From Marsupella aquatica (taxonomy: Eukaryota > Plantae > Marchantiophyta): a stretch of 64,000 bases of DNA. Position numbers and translations under genes: made by a program. This document shows, piece after piece, positions 24,685-38,189 of the stretch. Every line of letters begins with the position of its first letter. Within the stretch, counting starts at the first letter, position 1. Under the pieces are notes generated by a model. It was not told where the DNA came from. It ran no database searches and was given only the letters and a program-made list of their open reading frames with translations. The stretch lies in the NCBI GenBank assembly GCA_973895155.1, contig OZ316896.1, forward strand, positions 15,810,576-15,874,575, given 5' to 3'.

Positions 24685-26820
24685 CACTCATGTCCTTTAC
24701 GTGCACAACATTGATCACCTCTGCAAGGACACAAGGAGAGAGGACGTACAGGTGTGCACAAGGGAAAAACATGCTCAAGGTGATACTCTAAAAATTCACA
24801 AACTATGAGGTGTTTGTTCCCTCTCGTCTTGCTTCTTAAGGTACTACTCTCAGAGCTTAGAATCACGAGAGACCTTTATTCTTCTCTCGTCTTGCTTACT
24901 TGCCCCCCACAAAGAAAAAGTGAGGAGGAGACACCTTCCAATGTCAAGGGCGAGAATAATGATTAAGAATTGCCTCGAGGTCCGATTCGGTTTGCAGGAG
25001 GTTTGCGGGGAACATAGCCTGAAGGCAGGCGAGGAGAAGCTTACTTGCTTGGATCAGTTGGCAACGTCTTCACATGGCCTATCACAGAACCATCTACCTG
25101 TCTATCACTCCCACAACAAAAGGTCTCCTCATTTGTCCTGGATAGGCCACTTTGCCATGGATGGCACCATGTCCTGCAGCGTATTGGGGATCTGAGTGGG
25201 ACTCCGTGGAAGTGAAGCTCCACAAAACAGCTACCCAGATTAACAAAAGAGTTGGAAGCGAATATCATCTTCCAACTATTTACAATTTCTTCACCGGCCA
25301 CCATACGATCCAAATTCCAATCTTTAATCCTCATTAGCAACGAGTTTGCATAGCATCCTGTGCACCGGTTCGCCAAAACGTTTTGAATTTCGAATACCTT
25401 CCAAGTTGACAGATCTTGTCCACTTTCCCATACCAAGAGTGTAACACAACGTTGTTCAAGGTCGAACAAGTACTCCAGAGAGGTTCTATTCGAAAGTTAG
25501 TTGCGCAAAGAGCGTCAGAAGTGTACTATATCACCCAAATCCTCCATACTCTACTGGCAAAGGGTTGTTCGGGCTAAAAGGCTAAGTAGTACAGAATGGG
25601 GAAGAAAAAAGAACACAGCACTTTGACCGCCAGTAGGGTGGCTCTAAGACTAAGACCGCGTAAGTAAGTTCCACACTAGTCCTTTTTTACGAGACACGCG
25701 GTATCCTGTTGGCCCACAGAAGCCGCTTTATTGATTTCTCGTTTTCTCGATAAAAAACACATGGCACCTTGTCCCGCGCACAAGGTGAGTAACGCCAGAC
25801 CTTTCTTCTCGTAAGAATACGTGACATCGTGTCGGGGCAAGCAACAGGTACACAGACCATGACAGTGTCTGTCTGTCGATAGACACCACAAGCATCACTC
25901 AACAACACTGACCTTAATGTTAGACCATCGCTCAAAACAAAATCGAGCTGCAGGACAACCGATAATTCCTGAATCTTCCGGAATAGGTATGGGAAAAAGG
26001 CCCTAAGACGATCAAGAATACTTACAAGTGACCACAACCAGAAAAACACCGACTAAGAACCCTACCTGGATCCCTGGATCCCTGCTGATTCACTGGAAAG
26101 TATGGTAAGCTAACATTACCTCCTCTCTTTTTACTGTACACAGCTGGCAGATAAATCAGCACAGTTTGCTTGATTTAGCTTTCAAGTCTGCGTTGTCGGT
26201 ACAATCTCCATATCCAGGCAGTACTCTATATAGACCAACCTTGAGTACCTGTTGAGGACAACAGCAGAGACTTGCGAAGCTAGGTCATAGAATCAGCGTA
26301 AGGCAATCATTTTCCTTTACAACTTTCCATAAATTTATAATTGGAAAATTGCAAGCCACTGTCCTTGGTGGTCGTAACAGTTACATGTGTCTTAGCTGCC
26401 CTAAGGCCACTGGTCAACAGTCCTTCAGGAGACAATGCTACAAAAACAGGTTGATCAGAAGGTGACATTATGCAAGATCACCTTTGCATTATTTGATCCA
26501 CCTGCCCTTCCTCTCGATGTGCTACGAGCAAGGTAATTTTTTTCAGTTTCTTAGATACATCCAAAAGTACAAAATATACAACTGAGGATTGAATCCTAGG
26601 TTATCGTTACCCTCTTCCATATCTGGTAGGTTGAGCATCTATGAACTTTCCGATGACGATCAACACACCATCCCAGCCACCAGCTGCCTGTCGAAACATA
26701 ACTATAAATTCAGCATTTTGAACTTTAGAGAGGTATCAATTCCCCGGGGTACAACCTCTTTGAGGTTCCTTCCATCGACGCTTCTTAAGATAAGTCAGTC
26801 AATCTCATTCATTCCCTGTT

Positions 26821-29240
26821 TCAGCACAAGTCTCCCCCATGGCTGGGACACGAAAATGATGAATGGCGGGAGCCCAGAGTTCGGGTGATTGATCCGTCAG
26901 GGGACCCTAGCGGAGACGTTTGAGTAGACACAGGGATGGATGTAACAATCGGTACGGGAAGGACAGATGGTACGTTTGGATGTGGAGTAGCGCTCAATAA
27001 AGGAGTGTTCTCTGAAGCTGGAGGATCGGCGCTCTTGGTATTCGCATCCCTTTTACACACTGGACAGAATGGTCTTCTCGTCATCAACCACTGGTCTATA
27101 CACACGGTGTGAAACTCTGCATCATCAACAATCCACCAGAGAAATCACTAAGGAGTATGAAAACTGTAAATCTTCACCCCTGTTCACGACTAGAATAACT
27201 TAATTCAGCATTGCCCTACAACCCTCAATCCCGCCTGAGCCTAGGCGTCTACGCAACGACCTGATCAATAAGTACACAAATTCCGTTTGAGCGTGTATGA
27301 TTTACGAAGGGGGATTTTTTTTCGACAAAAACCCACAACTTCAGAAAATCGTACCAAACTGTAAACCCATGCCAGAAACTCCGATTGAACTTTTTACTCT
27401 TTTTAACTTTCTTGACACGTGGCCAAAGAAGATTTCTACTGTAGATTCAAAGGGCACAATGTCAAAGTATGATCAATGCTTCAAATCTTTCAAGCAAGGG
27501 CCTTACCATGGTGGCAGGGCAGAATTCGCAACTTGTCTCCAATTTCGTAGTCTTCGAGGCATATCGCGCATGTCTCAGCCGTCCCATTGCCATCTCCAAC
27601 ACATTTGAACACAATACTCGGTAATGCTTTAACTTGAGTGGAGCTCATCCCAAGGGGCTCCCGAGGATGAATAAGCCTGTTGCCAAGATGCCGAAGACGG
27701 TGGCGGCGAACAAAGAAAAATGTCGCGAGTACAGCAGAAATGGCAAGGAGAGATATGAAGGAGACCGCCATAACTGACCATGCTGTACTTTCAAACGATC
27801 GACGAATATAACATGTCGTACTTTCGTCATCGGCAAACCTCAAGATTGTCTCGCCTGCTGATTTTGTCACGAATACGGCGCTTATGTGTATTCCTCCAGG
27901 ATCTCCGGACACTGGTGAATAACAACATCTCAGCCCACGTTCCGAAAAGAGGCCTAGAAACACTAACAGCCTAGTTCATAATACGGCAAAGGATTTTGCA
28001 GGTCATAGTCTCTTACATAAATTGATATGAATGAACTCCCGATTAGAACATACGACTGATAGCCAAGAATTCACGATGAGGCTTACTTGTGACTAGATCA
28101 CCATTATCCTCGTCGTTGTAAACAATGACAGCAGAAAATCCTGCAGCTTGAGCATTTCGAACTTTGACCTCAAACGTACAATCCCCACGTTCCATCACCA
28201 CGAACGACGAATAATACCCGATGTCAGGTCGAGGAGAATTGGTAAGTTTTGCGCAGCCGTTGGAAGGACTCGCCCCATATACCAGTCCAAGGAGGCCTGA
28301 AGTCGGGATTCTTGAAGCTGCAATAACGATGCGAGTCAGCTATAAGATACAAGATAAACACTTTAGACGCACACCCACATCAGACGCCTCCCACCCACAT
28401 TCTAAGAAAAGACAAGAAGCCCGTAGGTGTAGATCAAATGAATCTGCTACATTTCTTAATTGATCCGTGTAACCTTTCGCACTAAAAGGTTGCGAGCTTA
28501 TCGATTGGTTGTGAAAGAAAATGCAGATTTGTATTGCACATTAAGAAATACACAGAAATAGCACAGAAAAGAGGGCACCTGAGGTGAACCGTGTTCCAAA
28601 GAATCACAAAGCAACCTATCCTCCCCACATAGAACAAAATCGGTTCCTCGGTGACATCTTATCCAGTAACGAAGGGCAACTCTTACCTTCTGCTGAAACA
28701 AACCATTGCCAAACCAAGAGGGCGGACATCTTGGGTGGCACGATGACATACAAACACATGGTAACTTTGAATAACTGCATATGAAATGAAATGTTCGGCC
28801 ACGAGCCACGAGCCACTGAAATCCTCACTAACGACAAGAGGCGACCAACGGCGCTATGCCATAAAGCACGTGACGACGGATCCGGCAGACACATAGCTGG
28901 GGTTTCAAAATAAGTCTAGTCTTGGGTAACGGGAAAATTAAGATCGGAAAGCAGCCAAACACGGGAGGAGAAAATCCTACACCCGTACACAAACGAGACT
29001 TGACAGAAAGGGTGAGGAGGCACGAAGGCAAGAGGCAAAGAACTACTCACCGAAGCTCGCCTCCATGTCCTGAAATTGGAGGGTCTCATTCGTGGCAGTC
29101 AACAGCACGACACTAGCGCTTACATTTCCAAGAAGAAGGGTAAGAAGTAGAAGCGAAAGTCCAGCCAACGACAGCATGATTTCTTTCCGGCTCACAATCC
29201 TGCTGGGCACTCCTGCCTCTGTAGCTAGGGGAGGAGGCAT
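26821..29240 (-). CDS. RMR: Receptor homology region-transmembrane-RING-H2 protein (PA-TM-RING vacuolar sorting receptor / E3 ligase), 373 aa
   Basis: Exons 29051-29240, 28087-28317, 27507-27911, 26821-27116 (1122 nt, phases close). Signal peptide, PA domain ([28 protein letters not shown]), TM segment [23 protein letters not shown], and RING-H2 [43 protein letters not shown]. Confidence 0.95.
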
Positions 29241-29337
29241 GGCCTAATCGAACTGCCCAGAGCCCTGTAGCACTCTTCCCCGCGGCTTTCACTCGGGTCC
29301 CGGACGAAGAAGAAGAAGGAGCGATTCGCCTCGGAAA

Positions 29338-29409
29338 CTAGCAACGTCGTCCTAAAACCACAAACTCGCCTCCATTGCCAGCACCTTCTGGGGCACAAGA
29401 TCGCTGCAT
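29338..29409 (-). promoter_or_regulatory. uORFs in the RMR leader (MQRSCAPEGAGNGGEFVVLGRRC* and nested MEASLWF* at 29352-29375)
   Basis: Two ATG-initiated ORFs end about 100 nt upstream of the main ATG. That they are in the mature mRNA is inferred. Confidence 0.4.
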
Positions 29410-30679
29410 AATCCTGCAATGCACGGCCGGCCGCAGGAACTTCCTCCCTTTGCTCTCCCTTCCTTCCTGCAACCTATAAAGAGCCTAGACAGAATATTTC
29501 ACAGCAACTTGCCAACATGATCCCCCAATCCAGTCACCACCACTGTTGTTACAAACTTCTCCAGGGATACCGCAGAGCACTGTAGCCTATTTTCCGTTTG
29601 ATGCCTTCCAAACTTGAGGCGTTGGGGGAGAAAAGCCAAAGAGCGGGAGATATATTGAGAGAGCGCTGTCAAATCGGCCAGCGAGCAAGCTAGCCAGTCA
29701 GTCAGGCTCAAAGAGACACGAGTAACAACCTAAGCGAAGAAAAAAGGCTTCAAAACCTCGTGGTACATGTCACAGAAACGCAAATAGAATTCGGTTCGCG
29801 TTGTTCTTCGCCTCTACCACCAAGCAACCGAGAAGCAAAACCGGTTTGTCGGAACGAAATCAAATCAAAGATCTCTCTCAGGAATCTCGCGGAGACGGGA
29901 TAGTATTGACAGAACTAGGACGACCAAACCAATCAAAACGTGCCCGCTGTTCTGCTCTAATCTGCTCGGCTCTATGATGCTTTGCTCTGCTCTGCTCTAC
30001 TCTGCCCTGCCCTGCCCTGCCCTGTGCCCTGCTCTGCTTCGTCACTCGGTCAAGAAACAACACCAGCGCGACCAAGAGCGGCAATTGCGCCAAGCCAACC
30101 AGCCTGCCAGGCTGAGTGGGTTTCTTCTCAGGATTTCCTTTCTTGCTTGCTGCTCCTGATCCGGTCTAGTCCAGTCTGCCGCCCCTGCATAAATGAGGGT
30201 ACATGAATCACACGAATAACCGAGCGATTCAGCCAATGCTCCCACGAAGCCAATGCTGATCCTCAGATCCTGCCTGCTACTGCCGCTGCTTGCTGTAGCT
30301 CTCACGGTAACTCTACTCCCCGCAGCACGCAAGCGTGCGCTTGCATTATCTAAAAAGCAGCGGATCGAAGGCAGCCGCGAGCGCCCACAGTGACGATCGT
30401 GTTCTTCTTCCTCCCCACCATGAAAAGTACTCTCTCTCTCTCTCTCACTCAGGAATGAGATTCCTTCCCGTGTGGCCGTCGGGCCGAAGATTGGAGAAGA
30501 TTTATGTTTGTGCTGATCTCTTGACGCCCTGTTGTTGCGAAGGCTGCCCTGTAAAGCACCGGGAGCCGCAATACTGTACTTTACCAGGACGATCGTTTAC
30601 ATCTCTGTAGCACGACAGCCGAGGACGGACTGGGAAGGCGGATCGATGGCTGTGCAAGAGGAGTGGAATCTGGAAAGGT

Positions 30680-31808
30680 CAGCAAAAGAATTGCTGATGG
30701 GCCCCTCTACTGTAGCTGAACATATCCGTGACGAGGCCCTCACTTTTCAAATGGACTCATGAGGCTCATTGTCCCTAAACTCCTGACCTGTGTGATTATT
30801 TATTTCCTTTTTTAATTCTAATACAGCACGTAGAACTATGTATGTCAGTCCACCAGATATACTTCTTGGAAGTATTTTTCCATATATGTTTGTCTAAAAA
30901 CACTGACATGAATTAAATACTTATTACTCAGACCTGTCACTCCCCTATTCATTTTATTCTTGTTTGGAAGTAATTCTGCAGAGAAAGAAAGTAGTACTTA
31001 CTCTCTTTACATATTCCCTTTACATTGTCAATGCTTTTATAGCTTTTACAGATTGGACTGGTGGTCACAGAGTGTGATGCGCAAAGTGAATTTTTAATGT
31101 CACTTTGAGTAAATCTAGAAATGTTAATTGCTATGTGATTTTGGTGGCTAATTTTTTGGTTGCTGCACCAACATTTAGTTCAAATTTTAAAGTTCATTTA
31201 ATTAAATTTTTACAATTGATACTATGTGCATGCCCTATGCTCATTTTTGTCAATTCAGTTGATGCCTTGTGTAATAAGCTAAAGAATAAAAATTGTCATT
31301 AAATGGCATGGTGTAAATTACCTGAAATACTCTACCTAAGTGCTCATATTTAAAAAAACTTTCACAAAAATAACACCAAGAAAATGCTCACGTTTGAGGT
31401 GATTTATTTCCAAAAACACCGTTGGCAAAAATAACATCAAATAATTGTTTAAGTCACAGTGATTTATTAGTATATGTACCCCAAAGGCCCAAACCAATGG
31501 CAGGGAATGTCTAAAGAGAGTAAATATTATAGTGCGTACCTTTACAGAATTGACAATAAAATGAACATGGAAGTGACAGGGGCTATAAGTATTTTCAAGT
31601 AAGAATAAACTGAAAATTACTTCTAGTGAGTACAGCTGGTGGACTGACGTACATGACTCTACGTAAGAATCTAGACTTAAAAAAAGGAAAAAATAATTAC
31701 ACAAGTCATTGGGAAGGGTTGCATGCACAAGGGCCCCAGGAAGTCCATTTGAAAAGTGAGGACCTCATTGGGGATGTGTTTAGAGGGCCCCATCAAGTCT
31801 TTTGCTGG
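30680..31808. mobile_element. Non-autonomous MULE/foldback element with long diverged TIRs
   Basis: About 30680-31020 is a diverged reverse complement of about 31490-31808 (e.g. CTCACTTTTCAAATGGACT / AGTCCATTTGAAAAGTGAG). 9-bp TSD TGGAAAGGT at 30671-30679 and 31809-31817. Confidence 0.85.
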
Positions 31809-31823
31809 TGGAAAGGTGGCAAC

Positions 31824-32100
31824 CAGTGTTTTTTTTAAGGATTTCACTTTTTCGCCAAGGTGGCTAATGTAAAGTGTGTCAAGGAGAAGATGCTCAAAAG
31901 ATTCTGTATTCAATTATGTTCTTGACCGTCAGATCTCCCTAGATTTAAGGCAGACCATTAGATTCTGGCTAAAGGGGCCTGGGATTAGGTGGAACACTTG
32001 CTAATGAGACAGCAAAAAAGTAGCTAATTTTAGCCAAAAGTGTCCAAGGATTTTTGGGGAGGTGGAATCTAGCGAATTTTCGCCACTAAAAAAACCACTG
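31824..32100 (+). mobile_element. hAT-type MITE (277 bp); degenerate relatives at ~32810-33650, ~39440-39890 and ~52810-52995 (inverted)
   Basis: TIR CAGTGTTTTTTTTA / TAAAAAAACCACTG. TSD GTGGCAAC / GTGGCACC (7/8). Internal motifs GGAGAAGATGCT, AGATCTCCCTAGATTT and ATTCTGGCT are shared with the relatives. Confidence 0.8.
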
Positions 32101-33059
32101 GTGGCACCGAAGGAATATGCATTGCGAGAATATACAGTACCTTTAGCACCCGTTCTTTGCAATTAAATATAGATAAAAAAGAAACACCAAAATGTATAAT
32201 TCAGGGAAAAATATAGATGAGGAGAAAAGAAAGCGAATTCCATGCTATCCATTGTTCAACTTTGCCCTTATCCTTATTTTTTGTTTGCATACTCACTTTT
32301 AGGTATGCGCTCATTTAGAGTCATTAAGTCTTCACTGTAGAGAGTAGCCTAGGGAGTGGCTTTTTGATTGCCCTTTACTAGTTAGATTGACATATGCTTC
32401 AACCCCCCCTCCCCCCAAAAAAAAGTAGCACGAGGTACCACCTGTTTTAAATTAACTAATATAATGCAGGTTTTTTTTTCATTCATCTACAGTACTGGTT
32501 AATCAAAGAGACCTTATGGGCCAGAGATTTCTCACATTGAACAATTTGATGGTTTTCATTGCCTTCAGATCAGAGTCATGCACCCCCATACTTGTCCTCT
32601 AGGGCAGGATTCCCTGTCCGTGCACATTCTACCCCCACCCCTGCCTCCATGGTTCCAGAATGCCTTCCTCCTAGCCGCCCCCAAACATCCTACTCTCGTG
32701 ATGAGAACCATCAGATTATTCAATTTCGTGATCTGTGGGTATAGAATCTTTTGAGGTCAATGAAGGTCTAGTCTAACAATTAATCTAAAAATTGATGCAG
32801 GTCATGATATTTTTCATTTTTTCTAAGGTGGCAATTTCTAAGGTGGCAATTATCACCTTGTGTGACGGAGAAATTTAAGAATATTTATAATCTAATTTTA
32901 CTTAAATTTTTCTTATTGTTATATCTCCCATATTTAAGGATAACGGTCATATTCTGGCTCTGTATAGCCATGATCCGGTGTGCCCTTGGACCCAAACTAT
33001 ACAAGTGTTCTCAGAGGAGGAATACTTCTGCACCCTTACCGATTCAGAGCACAAATAGA

Positions 33060-33562
33060 GTATTTATTTTATTTAGTGATGCGGCGAGCTATTCAATAAG
33101 TATATTAGAAATTGGTAAAACAAAGATATATATCAAACTGCCAAAGAGCAGGAGGCGCAGAACCGGGAGACAGGATCCCACAGGCCAAAAAACCCAATCA
33201 AGGGGAAACAAGAAAAAAGGCCAAAAGGCCAAAGAGCAAAACAAAAAAGACCAGGCACAAGCCCAACCCAAGGAGAACAAAGGACACATAAACCTAAAGG
33301 CTACCCAACGGCACAGTGAAGGGCCTGATAAAGCTCCGTCGTGAACTGCATAGGGGGGTCAAGCAATGGAATCCGACTAGATGCTCGGACTCCAACCGCC
33401 TCGCCTCTACGAAGGATAGTGAAGGCCTGTGCACGCTGAAGTGCAATGGACACCCTCTGTCTAAAAAAGGATGTGATAACAGAGACTGGTGGATAAGGCC
33501 GCCGCTCGACATAATGAACCGCACTACAAAGAGGAAAAAACAGATGTGAAACTGGCTAGTAC
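33060..33562 (-). mobile_element. 5'-truncated non-LTR retroelement 3' end nested in a hAT MITE relic
   Basis: The minus strand ends in a T-rich tract and an AAATAAAAATAAA tail at ~33062-33075. It splits the MITE-like halves at 32810-32970 and 33570-33650. No TSD seen. Confidence 0.45.
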
Positions 33563-35819
33563 AAGACAAAAAAACCTGGCAAATTTAGCCAATAGTGGGG
33601 GAAACTTTCAGTGAGGTGGAATCTGATGAAGTGTTTTCACCATAAAAATGCGGGTTGTTGGCCTAGAGTGACTCAGCCTTTGACAGGGAATTAAAATTCA
33701 TAGGGTTGGAACCTCATGGCCTTATAACCTTTCTACATGTGTACATGTGGGTACACCCAATTGGACATGGAATTACCCAAACAAGTGGGTACATGCTATT
33801 GGACTTAGAAAGTTGGGACGGTGGAAGAGTGATCCTTAGTTGGGAGTGATCCCCGAGTTTATGCTGCCATTGAGAACTGGCATGTCACTTTTCAATGGAT
33901 ATAATTTTGTTGTTACTTTTCTAAGCATAGGATTTAGACGTATGCCTCAAATCAGGACTGCATGGTGGGGCTGGTGGTGCACACATGATAGGAGGAATCA
34001 AAATTATAGGGTGTCAAGGTGGTGCACAAAAGATAGGGGAATCAAAACTAGAGGGTGTCAAACCTAGCCAGTTGGGTGTAAACCAAAAGTCAATTGCGAG
34101 GTTGACGATTGCAACTGACAATTTGACGGGGATTCCTAGAACTGTCATGCAAGAAACATTCTTGGAATACGTCCATCCCCAATAATTGTGAGGCTTACTC
34201 CATGTACACCCACTTGCACTTCATCACCACACGAGAGAGATATCTTTGATGGACCCCAAAATGAAAAGTGTTATTTGATCTACTCCATGAGATTTTGGGT
34301 TTGTGAGGTCTATCAATGGTCTGATCATTCATGGGGTCCATCAAGTAACCAATTTTTATTTTGGAGGTCCATCAATTGTATCTCTTACCACAACAGCACC
34401 ATGACTAGTGATAACCCTATTGCTTGGAGATACCCGACAAGAACGTAAGCACACAATTCACCTGTTTCCTGCAATAATCTGGTCAAATGTTATTGTTACT
34501 GTTTGAACTCTCACTGAACAGACACACTCAAGAAGGAAAAGTTTACTGCCGTGTTATTTCTTTTGCCTCTTGCTGCGTAATGATATGCAGTTATGTACCA
34601 GGAATGAGGCATCCCCTTTCGTCCAACAGGCTATGGTGCAGTGGATGTGCAGGGTTTAAAACAGCCTGTGGATGTAGTTCTTTTTACACAAATCCTGCCC
34701 AAAAGTGGGGTTTAGAGGAACCTTTTGACACTTAATTAAAGAAAACAGATAAATTTGTAATTTTTGCAGGCAGCAGAGAGAAGCAAACACGCAGGGGACA
34801 GTCTGAAGCGGTCCTAAAACCATATATGAATTCAAGGGACTGTCTTGGTGGATGTTGGATATGGGCCAGTTTCAAAGTCTCCCTGGGAAATGATTGAGAC
34901 CTCTGCCAGAATTTTTTTTGGAAGTTTGTAAAGCACCAGAAACAATCATGGCACTTAACAAACAATGGCAACTAACTCTACCCATTAGATCTGATAAATC
35001 CATGCATTTGATTGATCATTTGCTAACAAAGAGGATGACGGACGACGGTGCACAATGGTCACAAGAAAAGATGCATGTCATCGGATTCTCAGATCAACAA
35101 ATAAGATCACATGTTGATAATTAATGGTGATGGTGTGCACCTTAAACCAATGGATCATCCTAAGATGCCCCATAAGATGTATCTATAGATTTTTTACTCA
35201 TAATTTTGTCATCTCAAGCCCATTCATGTTGAGATTGAGATTTTTTATGTTGCTGCCTAGCTTTAGGACCTAAGTATTAATTAAATTGAAAATAAAAGGA
35301 TTTTTTGTAACCTTTCTGATGGCCCTCATCAAACTAATTGGATGAAAGAGATCGAAGGGAATTAACAAAAAGTGGAACTTTTTGGGTGGTAGCCATTATA
35401 CTCATGCCACTATTTTCTTACATTGTCCCCAGAAATCCATAGCTGGAACCTACTGTATTTCTGGACAAAAAATACGCATGAATACCAATGTATGTGCCGG
35501 GAATCTAGTCTATTCCCCCTTGGCCAGAATGTTCCAAAAACCTTGTTCTCACATTAGGGACCCAAGATTATAAGTTAGAACACCCCCACATTCCATTGTC
35601 CTATCCTTAACCCTCACCAGCTGACAGGCCTAGGGGATTAGAGAACAAGGCCATGGGCTAAACCTTACTCTTTGCTGGGTGGTTCACTTACAGTAAACTT
35701 CCTTCCCAAGAACACCATAACAATTCAACCCTACTTGTTTTCATGTACGTATGGCAGTCCTTAGTCCTTAGAGTTGCGGTCACTTTAATTAAGGAATACG
35801 GTACGCACACAGTGACACA

Positions 35820-36349
35820 CCCGGTTTAACCTGACGGGCAACTTGACGCCTTGCCGGGCACGTAAAACCATCAAATGACAGCCCCAAAACCGGAAGTTTG
35901 ACGCATATTCGCCGAGATTCTCCCGAACTCCCCCCGGACCCCCCCTGGACAATACCCGGACTCCCCCAGGCACTTCCCGGACCTCTCCCAAACTGGCTCC
36001 CCCGAACCCGCCCCCCCCCCCCGGACCAGCTCCCCCTCCCCCCGGACCCCCCCCCGAACAATTCCCAGACTCCCCCCGGACACTTCTCAGACCTTTCCCG
36101 AACGCGGCTCCCCCCACACCCGGACCGGCTCCCCCGAACCCCCCACGGACCAGTGCCACCCCCCCCCCACGCGCCCCCCGGACCGGCTCTCCTCCCCCGA
36201 CCCCGGCCCGGACCTCTCCCGAACTCGGCCTGAACCCGGCCCAAACCTCTCCCAAACTTGTCCCGGCCCGGACTGTTCCCGAACCCGGGTGCCGGGTTGT
36301 CGTTTTGCCGGAGTTTTTGGCCCAGTTTGACGGGCAAGGTCAAACCGGG
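35820..36349 (-). mobile_element. Non-autonomous DNA transposon, copy 2 (530 bp, inverted relative to copy 1)
   Basis: Ends CCCGGTTTAACC...GGTCAAACCGGG. Perfect 8-bp TSD GTGACACA at 35812-35819 and 36350-36357. Confidence 0.92.
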
Positions 36350-38189
36350 GTGACACAGGACTGTATCATCGTACTGAGGGCTGCTGAAATGCTCATTGAA
36401 TATTAATCTAATGGACGGTGCGATGCGCGCTCTTGGGCAAAGGAGATTGGCATTCAATGGTACGTACCGTATTGTCATTCAAATTGAATGCAGGACTTTG
36501 CAAACAGTGAAGAGATTTGCATTCTACAGTACGTACTACCATGCAGGATCGTTGATGGACCTTTCAATCTCAGATCTGGACCATTGATAGATCTTAGGGG
36601 GTGGATCAAGTAACAAGTTTCAGTTTGGAAGTTGATCAAACAAATAACTCCACCTTAGTGTCATCCCGCTTCAGTAAGCGCCGTAATGTCATAACGGAAA
36701 ATATTAAATACTTTTTATTTGAGTAAACATGTAGCACTAAAATATTATTATTCTATTAGTTTTTAATGTTAAAAATAATGTGTACATTTTACGTCAAGAT
36801 ATTTAAAATTTTCTTAAAATTTGCATAGAGATTTCTTTTGAGGGGTCACAAGCACTCTAAAATATTTTCACTGCCAAATGGACCCAAACTTGTAAGAATT
36901 ACTCATTTGTTGCATGAATATTATTCAAACATTCATCACATAATTCTTTTGAGGTCCAAAATTATAGTACTAATTTATTTGTTGGTCCAAACAAGATGAG
37001 ACTAGGGTAGTCTGATTTTGTTATATATTTGTTCTTCCAAGATGTTCTTCATTTGTTCTATGAACCAAGATGACACTAAGTTGGTTGTTATATGAATGTG
37101 TTCTTGTGGCAGAGTGATATATACTAGCTACAAGCTTGGATCTTATCCATGTCCAAAAACATTTGCTTGGATAGTATTCCTAAGCTAGGTTGAGATTCTT
37201 TAGGGTTTATGGTCTAGATGGAGATCCAATCCTAAGTTGACGTTTGGGGGTTTCACTTCCACAAAAATGACATGTCACGTGCGACGAAGGATAAGGTCAT
37301 TTTATTGGTTCTAAAGGAAGACTTAAATTTTTTACGATGTGAGTCACAAATTGCTCAGGCCATCCTCCAGGTCAAGGGAATGGCCCTTGAACGCAGAATC
37401 TCAGGCTAATTTGCATGACTCTTACCTAGAACAGCTCTCACTACCCACTACAAAAAATAGAGATTTCCCCCTAAATCTGCCAAATCCTTATCTAAGTAAG
37501 AGGGATAATTTATTACCAAATCTATCTGTTCTTAACTTAAGAGATCAAACTATTCACATAATTGCGTGAAATAATTGAACTAGTTCGTACAGAGGGGAGA
37601 AGGTGCCACTCACACTCCTCCAAAAGATATACTTAATGGACCTCCAAACACAACTTTTTTACTTAACCGGCCAAACCATGCAGAATTCACCTGATGTACC
37701 CAAACATGCACTTTTTTACCTAACCGACCAAAACATGCAGATTCCCTTCCAATGGACCTCTGAGCCCACTTCATATAACAATGTTCTTGTGAAAGAGTTC
37801 ACCACACAATCCAGGCTGATTGAATAACTGTAGGATACCATGGTTGGGCCTGTGTAGTAATGCCTACGACAACTATGCAGTGCATGGATCACACAAGTGC
37901 GAAGTGCGTAGCCTCTGGCCGCAATGAACCACAAGGCTTTCTAGTCTAGTTGAATACAACATGGTTGATTGTATTCCAACTATAAATAAACTAACGAGCT
38001 TGCGACAACATCAAAATATGTGATCGTTGTTGTGACCTGGCCTCTAAACTTTTTAGAATATATTGTGGCTATAGTGTTTAAGATATGACAAAAACAGAAA
38101 AATGCGTGTCCAGGATTGTCTGGGATTCAATGTTCATAGTAGAAAAACATATTTCCCTCGGCTTCACAATTCAAAGATGCTAGATGCTG

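Noticed and set aside
30425-30450. miR529/156-like sequence (GTACTCTCTCTC)
   Set aside because: Simple (CT)n tract with no star arm or hairpin, and mismatches to the mature miRNA.
35785-36478. Long Gly/Arg/Pro-rich ORFs (also 24353-24575)
   Set aside because: By-products of the stop-poor GC-rich transposon interior.
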